A stretch of DNA of 64,000 bases from a virus (Duplodnaviria; Caudoviricetes), in the IMG/VR virus record IMGVR_UViG_3300033067_000113, positions 1-64,000 of that record; one strand, written 5' to 3'. The position numbers and the translations under genes are program-made. The notes under the pieces were generated by a model that made no database searches, was not told the origin of the DNA, and saw only the letters and a list, made by a program, of their open reading frames with translations. This document shows, piece after piece, positions 37,562-46,121 of the stretch (its first letter is position 1; the number at the start of each line of letters is the position of its first letter).

Positions 37562-39759
37562 TTTTTGTTTGTTTGTCCGTCTTTAGGTGGTTCAGTGTTT
37601 GTTGCCGACAATGTCTTAGATGCATCTGCGGCTGCTGGATTTTCTTGTTGTGGTCGTCTAAATCCAGAAAGCGTTTGCTGAAACTTGCCTTGTGAAAACT
37701 TACTAGTTAAAGTATTAATTTTGTAAAGTCCGCTAAACATTGCAACCGGCGCACTCTTACCAGCTGAAAATTTATAAAGCCCAGTAGCATGTTCTAAATC
37801 TAATGGGGTTCTAAAATTAACAACGATATCTACTTCACCGTTCTGCCAGTTAACTGTACCGTCTGAATTTAAGTTAGTATGCTGAGTAGGTTTTGCAGTG
37901 TAATTGCCTTGGCCGCTTTGTGCAATATAATAAGGATCACCTATGATGTCTAAACTTAATTGCATCATATCTTTGCCAGTAGTAATTGCATCATGGAACA
38001 AACGACCTGCTCGTGTTGCGGCATCTTCAGTACCGCCGCCACCTAGTTTATCTGTTTTAGATCCTGTGCCGTCCATTTTATTTTCAGTAGGATTAGATCC
38101 AACAGTTGTTGACGGATTAGATCCACTAGCAACTGGTTGCAATACTGCTGTCTTCTCTACGGTTGCACCAGTTTCTGCTGCCTGCGCAACGTCTTGAGAT
38201 GATTTAAAGTTGTCAGCGGCAAAGGTTGCTTGGAAGCTGTTGTTAAATTCAATATTAAAATTTATAATTTCTGAATTCTTACCTGTATAGATATAGTCGT
38301 AAACTTTAACTGCTTGCTTCTTTAAGTTTTCAAATCCCGGAGCCTTAGTGTTAACACTCATTACCTTACTGGCATGTGCTTTGTAAGGAACTACACGGTA
38401 AACAATCAGTTTAGGCTTTGATCCAGTTGTTTTTAAGTTTTCATCAGTGGTGATGTTGTACACTTGCACATCAATTCTCCACCAATCTTTCATACCTTCT
38501 TTGTCTACTTTAGACTTATCAAGTGTATTAGGTACAAATTTACTGTTCAGCAATACTTGATTGATTGCGTTAATAATATCAGTATCCTGGCGGAATCGAA
38601 AGTCACTTTCTTTAGGATTAATAACCATGTTACCGCGGACATTAATATCTTTGGCTGCATCATACACTACATTGTCTTTGCTAACCGGAGCATCGCCCTT
38701 AGTGCCTAAGTCAAATTTCATTTCTGATGAGCCTAACGCATTACATTGTCCGTCAGGTTGCACTAGTGTACTGTTAATTTTACTCTTGCTAATTCCCAAC
38801 TTAGTAAACAATGCACCACTAGTTGAATCGCCTGCGGCTTTTACATTCGTAGTTGCTTTAGATTTATTTTCTTTACTGCCTTCAGCTGGAGTAGTTGCAC
38901 TTGACCATACTTCATTTGGAAATACAATAACAATTTCATCAGGTACTGCAACATTATGTACCTTAGCAGTATCTCTCAACTTTTGATTAATAACTGCTTG
39001 CAAACTCTTTTCACCAGTTTGCAACATCTCTTGCACAGTCTTACCTCGTATCGATACATCGCTCTTTAGCGCGGCTGATTTTGAAGCAAGGGCTTGTTGG
39101 TTGTAAGGCATTCCTGAACAAGCATATACTGATCCATTCTGGTTTACCTTCATATCAAACGCAGTAAATTTAAACGGAATGTATCTAGTAGTATTAGGAA
39201 TAAGATCCATAGTACCATTAGAACTGTTGCCTCTAAATTCAATCTTTAAGATGTAAGGAGCATCTCGATAGTTTTTATGACCTGCTTGGTATGCGGCTGT
39301 CTGTAGAGAAATAATAAACATGCCCATGCTCAGCGGCTCAGTTATTTTAAAAGCAAGACCAGTGGCGTTTGTGTTATTGCCTTTTTCGTGGCCAATAACG
39401 CTGTCAATCGTTAAGTCATCTATAAAGAAGTCGAACTTACCGTAGGCAGTTTTAACTCTGTTTGTAGGATCAGCGTTTGCACTCTTGCAAATTAACGGAA
39501 ACGATTTACCACTCAAGTAAGTAGTGTCTGGAAAATTTAAATCGTTGTCAGTTAGTACTCCTAGACTTATAATGTAGTTGTAAGTAGGGTACGACGATAG
39601 TATGTTAGGCATTGGCAGCTTGACTGAAGTCTTTGCTCCGCCAAATAAGGCACTAAGGCCTCCGCCTGATAATGCAGACGCAGGTCCAGAGTCTGCTAAA
39701 CCTTTTACGGCTGTTATACCTGCGGTTGTTGCCGCACCAATCGAATCAAACACTCCCAT
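37558..39759 (-). CDS. baseplate hub protein (gp27-like by position)
   Basis: 733 aa between the gp53-like and gp5-like genes; C-terminal IIGDPYYI..SGLYKINTLTSKFSQGKFQQTL typical of hub proteins. Confidence 0.55.
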   Translation of the reverse strand: MGVFDSIGAATTAGITAVKGLADSGPASALSGGGLSALFGGAKTSVKLPMPNILSSYPTYNYIISLGVLTDNDLNFPDTTYLSGKSFPLICKSANADPTNRVKTAYGKFDFFIDDLTIDSVIGHEKGNNTNATGLAFKITEPLSMGMFIISLQTAAYQAGHKNYRDAPYILKIEFRGNSSNGTMDLIPNTTRYIPFKFTAFDMKVNQNGSVYACSGMPYNQQALASKSAALKSDVSIRGKTVQEMLQTGEKSLQAVINQKLRDTAKVHNVAVPDEIVIVFPNEVWSSATTPAEGSKENKSKATTNVKAAGDSTSGALFTKLGISKSKINSTLVQPDGQCNALGSSEMKFDLGTKGDAPVSKDNVVYDAAKDINVRGNMVINPKESDFRFRQDTDIINAINQVLLNSKFVPNTLDKSKVDKEGMKDWWRIDVQVYNITTDENLKTTGSKPKLIVYRVVPYKAHASKVMSVNTKAPGFENLKKQAVKVYDYIYTGKNSEIINFNIEFNNSFQATFAADNFKSSQDVAQAAETGATVEKTAVLQPVASGSNPSTTVGSNPTENKMDGTGSKTDKLGGGGTEDAATRAGRLFHDAITTGKDMMQLSLDIIGDPYYIAQSGQGNYTAKPTQHTNLNSDGTVNWQNGEVDIVVNFRTPLDLEHATGLYKFSAGKSAPVAMFSGLYKINTLTSKFSQGKFQQTLSGFRRPQQENPAAADASKTLSATNTEPPKDGQTNKK

Positions 39760-39760
39760 G

Positions 39761-40063
39761 TTATAATCCTAATGCTGTTCTAAGGCTACTGCCTTTAGGG
39801 ATATAAATTTTCTTCCCAGTGGTGAAATCAAAAATTGGATCGTCAAGCACATCTAAGTTACGCTGGATGAATACCCACCATAAGGCTGCTTCACCATATA
39901 AGTCGTAGGCTAACAAGTCTGGGCGGTATTCATACTGTGCTTCGATAGTATAAAGGAAGTCGTCTGACTCTGCGCTAACTGCTCTAATAGATAATAGATC
40001 TAGATAGTCTTGTTTTACTTGGGTAGTAAACCAAGGACTTAAATTTGTATAGGCTGCTGGCAT
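39761..40063 (-). CDS. baseplate wedge protein, gp53/LysM-like
   Basis: YEYRPDLLAYDLYG..LWWVF..N..DPIFDF..GKKIYIP. Confidence 0.75.
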   Translation of the reverse strand: MPAAYTNLSPWFTTQVKQDYLDLLSIRAVSAESDDFLYTIEAQYEYRPDLLAYDLYGEAALWWVFIQRNLDVLDDPIFDFTTGKKIYIPKGSSLRTALGL

Positions 40064-40064
40064 A

Positions 40065-41048
40065 TTAAATGTATCCTACTGAGTTGTTCATGTAACCGCC
40101 GGTGACAAATCTGTCTAAGCTGAAGTTTCTTGCACTTGCTCTGCTGTAAACTGGTTTCAATGTTAAGCTGATAGTACTCTTTGTTGGTACATGAGTCATA
40201 CCGCCGCTAGTCTTACCACCAATACCAAATGTACCAGCAAGTGCGGCGACTGAACTTACTCCGCCTGCAAATCCGCTGATTGCTGATGTAGCACCTGATA
40301 GTTCTGGAAGAGCTCCGCCTAGTGTGTCTGCAAGGCCGCCAATGCTATCTGCAATACCTGCAATCTCTCCGGCAGCACTGCCAAACACTTCAGTTGCAAT
40401 ATAGTCGCAGTCTGCGCCTAAGTTTACACTCATTGATGCAACTACTACTGGTACATTTTTAAACACATAAGCGCCGTATCCGTTTAAGAATACTGCTGGA
40501 GGTGGATTGCCTGCTTTAGGATCTGCACCTGCAAACATTTTAGTCATTGAGCGCAAATAGTGAACTGTGGCAATCCAGTACAATGCTTGGGTCGCATCTT
40601 CAACTAGGAAAGGAGCTTCAATTTTGATTTCGCCAGGATCGCTTTTTTGGTACGCTTGGAAAGTATAATTAGTATGTACAGTTGAAATTGGACTGTATGT
40701 GGCACCAGAAGCAATATTAATGCTAGGAGTATACGGAAACACTAACCCGCCTGCATCCTTTAACGGCTTAAGGACTGGACTTGTCATGAAGCTAGCCCAT
40801 CTTGGTAATGTTAATCTAACACGCCAATCATTAGCGGCATCATCGCCACCGAACATCGAAAGCGCACCCATAACATCGCCCAGGGCTTCTCCTGCGGCTG
40901 GCAAGCTAGCACTACGGATAGCACTCATTACACTAGTACCAGCGGCAACCGCGGCTCCTAGTTTGTTAGCAGTATTCATAGTCTGTGAACCAAAGCTCGC
41001 GCTTGGTTTGAAACTTGTTGTTATGCGTTGTCCTCTATTGAATGCCAT
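40065..41048 (-). CDS. baseplate/tail-tube initiator protein (gp48/gp54-like)
   Basis: LVFPYTPSI and PPAVFLNGYGAYVFKNVPVVVASMSV..VP..ISLTLKP resemble tube-initiator folds; first gene of the baseplate operon. Confidence 0.55.
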   Translation of the reverse strand: MAFNRGQRITTSFKPSASFGSQTMNTANKLGAAVAAGTSVMSAIRSASLPAAGEALGDVMGALSMFGGDDAANDWRVRLTLPRWASFMTSPVLKPLKDAGGLVFPYTPSINIASGATYSPISTVHTNYTFQAYQKSDPGEIKIEAPFLVEDATQALYWIATVHYLRSMTKMFAGADPKAGNPPPAVFLNGYGAYVFKNVPVVVASMSVNLGADCDYIATEVFGSAAGEIAGIADSIGGLADTLGGALPELSGATSAISGFAGGVSSVAALAGTFGIGGKTSGGMTHVPTKSTISLTLKPVYSRASARNFSLDRFVTGGYMNNSVGYI

Positions 41049-41070
41049 AATCTTTTTCCTTTTGGTAACA

Positions 41071-41076
41071 TATTTA
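41071..41076 (-). promoter_or_regulatory. putative late promoter TAAATA for the baseplate operon
   Basis: TAAATA 23 nt upstream of the ATG at 41048. Confidence 0.65.
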
Positions 41077-41077
41077 G

Positions 41078-41106
41078 TTGACTTTTTAATGTGCGTAGTT
41101 TATACT
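41078..41106 (+). promoter_or_regulatory. sigma70-type promoter TTGACT-N17-TATACT
   Basis: TTGACT at 41078-41083, a 17-nt spacer, TATACT at 41101-41106, GGAG RBS and ATG at 41129. Confidence 0.8.
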
Positions 41107-41128
41107 TAACATTCCGGAGATATAATTA

Positions 41129-41962
41129 ATGACAGCGAAAGTAAATTACCTAAACAACAAAGATATGTTGTTGGAAATACATAGAAGTAAGAGTACATAT
41201 TGCAGTTTTACCGATCCAAAGTATCATCAATATGACATTATTTTGCCAAGTTTAGACAAAGTAAACATACGCACGATAGCCGAAGCTAAAAGAAATCAGG
41301 CTAAAAGAATAGGTGATTTGGAGTATCAAACTCGCAAAAAAGCAGGCGAAAAAGTCAAACAAGCCGACTGCGAAGTAGACTACAAGAAGATTGCTAAGAC
41401 TGATTTAGTCTTTAGAATCATGACTTTCGATCATATCCCGCTTAATAATACCCGTAAAAAGAATCCTAAAAGCCTAGCTGATCACCGTGATAAAGTAAAC
41501 TTTCCGCCGTTCCAGCATTGGAAATTCAATGATGAAGACGAGCTAGTATGCGTGGGAAAATCGCACTGGAAGGGTGATCTAGAAAAGGGTCACTTTGACA
41601 AAGATGCGGGCCAAATTACTAACACCTTAGCAAGAATGATGATTAAACTGTGTGAGCGTTACGCTACACGGGGTAATGTTCGCGGCTATACCTACAACGA
41701 TGAGATGAAGGGGCAAGCTATTTTACAACTAACACAAATTGGATTACAGTTTGACGAATCTAAAAGCGACAATCCGTTTGCTTATTTTACTGCCGCAGTT
41801 ACTAATAGTTTTGTGCGGGTTATTAATATTGAAAAGCGCAACCAAAATATTCGTGACGACATCTTAGAAATGAACGGTATGAACCCATCATACTCAAGAA
41901 CTGGTGCAGGCGAACATGCCGCGGCACTGAAACGACACAATGAGGACACATCTAGTGAGTAA
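41129..41962 (+). CDS. late-transcription sigma factor, T4 gp55-like
   Basis: YLNNKDMLLEI N-terminus and GYTYNDEM..FDESKSDNPFAYFT..NSFVRVINIEK match the gp55 family, with an extra internal segment. Confidence 0.85.
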   Translation: MTAKVNYLNNKDMLLEIHRSKSTYCSFTDPKYHQYDIILPSLDKVNIRTIAEAKRNQAKRIGDLEYQTRKKAGEKVKQADCEVDYKKIAKTDLVFRIMTFDHIPLNNTRKKNPKSLADHRDKVNFPPFQHWKFNDEDELVCVGKSHWKGDLEKGHFDKDAGQITNTLARMMIKLCERYATRGNVRGYTYNDEMKGQAILQLTQIGLQFDESKSDNPFAYFTAAVTNSFVRVINIEKRNQNIRDDILEMNGMNPSYSRTGAGEHAAALKRHNEDTSSE

Positions 41963-42968
41963 TTTATTTAAAAAAGTTGCCTGTTTTACAGATATCCACT
42001 TTGGATTGAAGTCTAACAGTTCTGTACACAATCAGGACTGTTCTGATTTTGTAGATTGGTACATTGCTAAGGCAAAGGAGGAAGGTTGTGACACTGGAAT
42101 TTTTATGGGTGATTGGCATCACAATCGTAACAGCCTCAATATCACTACTATGGATTATAGTCTTAGAGCCCTTGAGAAACTTGGAAAGGCTTTTGATAAC
42201 TTTTACTTCTTTCCTGGCAATCATGATCTTTATTACAAAGATAAACGCGACATCCACAGCGTTGAATTCGGAAAGTATATTCCTGGTATCACTGTGGTAC
42301 ACGAGCCCGTTACTATTGGCGACGTTACTATGTGTCCTTGGCTTGTCGGAGAAGAATGGAAAACAGTAGGTAAGAAAGGTGGCAAGTATATCTTTGGTCA
42401 CTTTGAATTGCCTAACTTCTTTATGAACGCTATGGTGCAAATGCCGGACCACGGTGAAATCCAATTAGATGCATTCAAAGAATACGAACTAGGATTTAGT
42501 GGACACTTCCATAAGCGCCAAGCTCGTGGTAATATGCACTATATTGGCAATGCGTTTCCGCACAACTATGCAGACGCATGGGATGATGACCGCGGTATGA
42601 TGATTTTAGAATGGGGCAGCAAGCCAGAATATCATAGCTGGCCAGAACAACCAACATTCCGTACTGTTAAGTTAAGCCAACTTATCGACGAAGCGGACAC
42701 ATTGATATTGCCCAAGCAACATCTTCGTGTTACACTAGACATTGATATTAGTTACGAAGAAGCGTCGTTTATCAAAGAAAAGTTCATTAGCGATTATTCT
42801 ATTAGAGAACTTACTTTGATTACTGAGCGTAAAGATGTTGAGATGAATACTAACATTGATGTGCAAGCATTTGAATCTGTAGATCAAATTGTTAGCAGTC
42901 AAATCGTCAACATTGAAAGTGACACATATGACAAGAACACGCTTCTAGCGATTTATAACAGCCTATGA
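41955..42968 (+). CDS. recombination endonuclease subunit, T4 gp47/Mre11/SbcD-like (GTG start at 41955 preferred)
   Basis: Metallophosphoesterase motifs FTDIHFG, GDWHH, GNHD, GHFE, SGHFH. Confidence 0.9.
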   Translation: MSNLFKKVACFTDIHFGLKSNSSVHNQDCSDFVDWYIAKAKEEGCDTGIFMGDWHHNRNSLNITTMDYSLRALEKLGKAFDNFYFFPGNHDLYYKDKRDIHSVEFGKYIPGITVVHEPVTIGDVTMCPWLVGEEWKTVGKKGGKYIFGHFELPNFFMNAMVQMPDHGEIQLDAFKEYELGFSGHFHKRQARGNMHYIGNAFPHNYADAWDDDRGMMILEWGSKPEYHSWPEQPTFRTVKLSQLIDEADTLILPKQHLRVTLDIDISYEEASFIKEKFISDYSIRELTLITERKDVEMNTNIDVQAFESVDQIVSSQIVNIESDTYDKNTLLAIYNSL

Positions 42969-44743
42969 TAAAGATTAAAGAACTAACAGTAAAAAACTTC
43001 ATGAGTGTGGGCAACCAGACTCAAGGAGTTAACTTTGCACAAGAAAACTTAACATTAGTACTAGGCGAAAACTTAGACCAAGGCGGAGACGATAGCGGAT
43101 CACGAAATGGTACAGGTAAAACAACTATTGTAAATGCCTTGAGCTTTGCACTATACGGCAATGCTCTTACTAACATTAAGAAAGACAACCTAATCAACAA
43201 AATCAATAACAAGAATATGTTGGTTACACTATCGTTTGAAAAAGACGGTACTGAATATCGTATCGAGCGTGGACGCAAGCCCACGCTGATGAAGTTCTAT
43301 GTCAATGACGAAGAACAAGGTACAGAAGAAAGCGATGACGCACAAGGTGATATGCGTGAAACCCAGAAGGACTTAGATGAACTGCTGGGTATGTCGCACG
43401 ATATGTTCAAGCATATTGTTGCGCTTAACACCTATACAGAACCGTTCTTATCTATGAAGAGCGGAGAACAGCGTGTAATCATTGAACAGCTACTTGGTAT
43501 TACTTTACTAAGTGAAAAAGCAGAAACACTCAAAGAACTTATCCGTCAAACTAAAGATGCTATTGTACAAGAAAGTGCAGACATCGAAGCGGCTAAGAAG
43601 TCTAACGATAAAATCCAACTAAGTGTTGACAGTTTAATTACTAGACAAAATGCTTGGAATACGCAACACGATAACGATTTAGAAAAGATCGGCCGTGCTA
43701 TTATCGAATTAGAAAATGTAGACATTGATGCAGAGCTTACTGCACACGCTACTTTAAAAACTTATCTAGAGCAGGCAGCTAAACTAAAGAGCCTGAACAA
43801 AGAACGAGCAACCTTAGAGAGCGCGACAGCGCAAGCGGAGCGTAGCGTAAAGAAATACGCTAGCGAGCTTGCTGCCTTAGATGGTAAGAAATGTCACGCT
43901 TGCGAACAAGACTTACATGATCACAAGCACGAAGAAATGTCAGCTAAGGCTACTGAGCACTTAGAAGAAGCACAAAAGTACTTGGATAAAGTTAATGCAG
44001 ACCTAGCTAAGATTGTCAAAGAGATTACTGCTATCGGTGAAGTTAGTGCTCGTCCGGACACTTACTACGATACTGTTGAAGAAGCACTCAAGCATCAAAA
44101 CAACTTGAAGACTTTGGAAACTAACCTAACAATCAAAGCAGGTGAGACAGATCCTTATCAAGAGCAAATTGATGAGTTACGCAATACTGCCATGCAAGAA
44201 ATCAACTGGGATAAAGTTAACGAGCTCAACGCTCTTAAAGATCACCAAGAGTTCTTGCTCAAGTTGCTGACTAGTAAAGATAGCTTTATCCGTAAGAAGA
44301 TTATTGATCAAAACTTAGCATACTTGAATAACCGTTTAACTTACTATCTCGACAAGATGGGCTTGCCGCATACAGTTACATTCCAGAATGACTTGAATGT
44401 AGAAATTATGCAGTTAGGACAGGACTTGGACTTTGATAACTTGTCGCGTGGTGAACGCAATCGTTTGATCTTGTCATTGAGCTGGGCATTCCGTGATGTA
44501 TGGGAAAGTTTGTATCAAAGTATTAACCTGTTGTTCATTGATGAATTGATCGACAACGGTCTAGATGCTAGTGGTGTAGAAGGTGCGTTGGGCGTACTTA
44601 AAAAGATTGCCCGTGAGCGTAAGAAGAATGTATTCTTAATCTCGCACAAAGACGAACTAATCGGTCGTGTTAACAATGTACTGAAAGTTGTTAAGGAGAA
44701 CGGCTTTACATCATACGCAAATGATCTAGAGGTAACTGAATGA
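42965..44743 (+). CDS. recombination ATPase subunit, T4 gp46/Rad50/SbcC-like
   Basis: KNFMSVGN, Walker A RNGTGKTT, zinc-hook CHAC in a coiled coil, signature LSRGE, Walker B LLFIDE, ISH. Confidence 0.92.
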   Translation: MIKIKELTVKNFMSVGNQTQGVNFAQENLTLVLGENLDQGGDDSGSRNGTGKTTIVNALSFALYGNALTNIKKDNLINKINNKNMLVTLSFEKDGTEYRIERGRKPTLMKFYVNDEEQGTEESDDAQGDMRETQKDLDELLGMSHDMFKHIVALNTYTEPFLSMKSGEQRVIIEQLLGITLLSEKAETLKELIRQTKDAIVQESADIEAAKKSNDKIQLSVDSLITRQNAWNTQHDNDLEKIGRAIIELENVDIDAELTAHATLKTYLEQAAKLKSLNKERATLESATAQAERSVKKYASELAALDGKKCHACEQDLHDHKHEEMSAKATEHLEEAQKYLDKVNADLAKIVKEITAIGEVSARPDTYYDTVEEALKHQNNLKTLETNLTIKAGETDPYQEQIDELRNTAMQEINWDKVNELNALKDHQEFLLKLLTSKDSFIRKKIIDQNLAYLNNRLTYYLDKMGLPHTVTFQNDLNVEIMQLGQDLDFDNLSRGERNRLILSLSWAFRDVWESLYQSINLLFIDELIDNGLDASGVEGALGVLKKIARERKKNVFLISHKDELIGRVNNVLKVVKENGFTSYANDLEVTE

Positions 44744-44931
44744 GAGACTTAGCATTAGTAGATGCAGTGGTTGCACTGCACGAAATTGCTAGGCTAGTAG
44801 AAGATACAGTCGGACAGGGTAACTTGTCCGACGATCTCCGTAACTGTGCAAACAGACTACATTTGATCAGCATTGACCAAGGTCGTGCTAGCAATGTAGC
44901 GGACGAAATTATTAAACAGGCTAAAGAGTAA
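44740..44931 (+). CDS. hypothetical protein
   Basis: 63-aa ORF with ATGA overlap upstream and TAATG overlap downstream. Confidence 0.55.
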   Translation: MRDLALVDAVVALHEIARLVEDTVGQGNLSDDLRNCANRLHLISIDQGRASNVADEIIKQAKE

Positions 44932-45182
44932 TGCATCAAGACGAAGAGTTGCACCAGCAACTCATGTTAGCATTTAGGGAATATTTTAAAGCCAACCAGG
45001 AATGGATGGCCAAAGGCACACGACGAGCGGGTATGGATACTCGCGAATGGCTCAATGTAATTAGGCACCTTTGTACTGACCGCCGTAAATCAATTATGGA
45101 ATGGCGCTACGAACTCAACGAACAAACTAGGCTTAAAAAGGCTCAAGATCAACAGGCACCCAAGGATGATCATGCTAACTAA
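44931..45182 (+). CDS. hypothetical protein
   Basis: 83-aa coupled ORF, predicted helical and basic. Confidence 0.6.
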   Translation: MHQDEELHQQLMLAFREYFKANQEWMAKGTRRAGMDTREWLNVIRHLCTDRRKSIMEWRYELNEQTRLKKAQDQQAPKDDHAN

Positions 45183-45185
45183 AGC

Positions 45186-45611
45186 ATGTCATGGACTTAT
45201 CAGAATCAGCTCGTAGAAACATTACCTGAAGATTGTGTTGGGTTTGTGTACATCATCACAAATATTATCTCTGGCAGAAAATACATAGGCAAAAAGCTCG
45301 CCAAATTCTCAAAGACTACAACTAAAACTGTAACCTTAAAGAATGGCACAAAGAAGAAAAAGAAGATTCGTAGCAAGGTCGATTCAGACTGGCGCGAGTA
45401 CTACGGAAGTAGTCCAAATCTTCAAAAAGACATAGACACACTAGGCAAAGAAAACTTCACAAGAGAAATCCTATATTACTGCAACTCTAAGGCGCAATGC
45501 TCTTATATCGAGGCAAGAGAACAATTTTCCCGCAAAGTATTAGAATCAGACGACTATTACAACGGACACATTCAAGTTCGTGTACATGGGTCACACATAT
45601 TAAAATCTTAG
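45186..45611 (+). CDS. stand-alone GIY-YIG endonuclease
   Basis: GFVYIITN..GRKYIGKK, YYGSS, catalytic-region E (YIEARE) and YYN; only 141 aa, no C-terminal DNA-binding repeats. Confidence 0.85.
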   Translation: MSWTYQNQLVETLPEDCVGFVYIITNIISGRKYIGKKLAKFSKTTTKTVTLKNGTKKKKKIRSKVDSDWREYYGSSPNLQKDIDTLGKENFTREILYYCNSKAQCSYIEAREQFSRKVLESDDYYNGHIQVRVHGSHILKS

Positions 45612-46098
45612 GCTAACAATACAGTAAGGGCTCGCACCGGCTAACATCGGGTGCCGAACAGAAGAAATCTGGACATCGTGTCGCAGAGATCCGCAGACTT
45701 GCCGCTGTAAGCAAGCACTTAATCACTATCCTTAACAGGACGACGATCGCTTAACACCTGCGATTTGATTATTTGAAGAGAGTTAAAAATAGGGAAAAAG
45801 AGGGGATAAGAACCCCAGGTTTACTAGTGTGTTAGCGTATGTTAGTAAATTGCCGTTGAATAAAGTCTTTGCTCGTGGTACCGGTCAACCGCCACTGTAA
45901 CGCAATAACGCTAAGTGACAAAAGTGCAACTCAGATAATGTCCATTTTTGTTTTTTCTTTGCCCGGCCTGGGCAAAGTGTGACTGAACAATCTAGATAAT
46001 ATCTTAAACGCTTCGCGTAATTAATCATATAAGAAAAAAGAAAATAGCTTGAGCGATAGCGATAAGCTGATGAACTTTAGTTCATCATTAATGTGTGA
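45612..46098 (+). ncRNA. candidate large structured non-coding RNA or structured cis-element (strand uncertain)
   Basis: Largest ORF-free gap in the window, with about 10 local hairpins plus long-range complementarities (see findings). Confidence 0.45.
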
Positions 46099-46104
46099 TA
46101 AATA
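46099..46104 (+). promoter_or_regulatory. putative late promoter TAAATA
   Basis: 17 nt upstream of the ATG at 46122, followed by an AGGA RBS. Confidence 0.6.
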
Positions 46105-46121
46105 TTGCATAGGATAAGAAC

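Noticed and set aside
8161-40000. Numerous 60-160 aa + strand ORFs opposite the structural genes (e.g. 8161, 9126, 36741, 38561)
   Set aside because: Antisense shadows expected from biased codon usage in Thr/Gly/Val-rich genes; they lack RBSs and have atypical composition.
41940-41954. ATG at 41940 as the gp47-like start
   Set aside because: It gives a 23-nt overlap with gp55. The GTG at 41955, overlapping the gp55 stop region, fits the coupling pattern seen elsewhere in the window.
45612-46098. RNase P RNA or tmRNA identity for the structured region
   Set aside because: AGTGCAAC and GAAGAAATC only loosely echo RNase P motifs, and the P4 elements (GAGGAAAGUCC / CGGCUUA) are missing. There are no tRNA-like ends or CCA as expected for tmRNA.
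45183-46121. Functional group I intron carrying the GIY-YIG ORF and interrupting a gene
   Set aside because: The flanking ORFs (44931..45182 and 46122..47195) each have their own start and stop, and the latter its own promoter and RBS, so no split gene is evident. The canonical P7 GACU/AGUC is absent.
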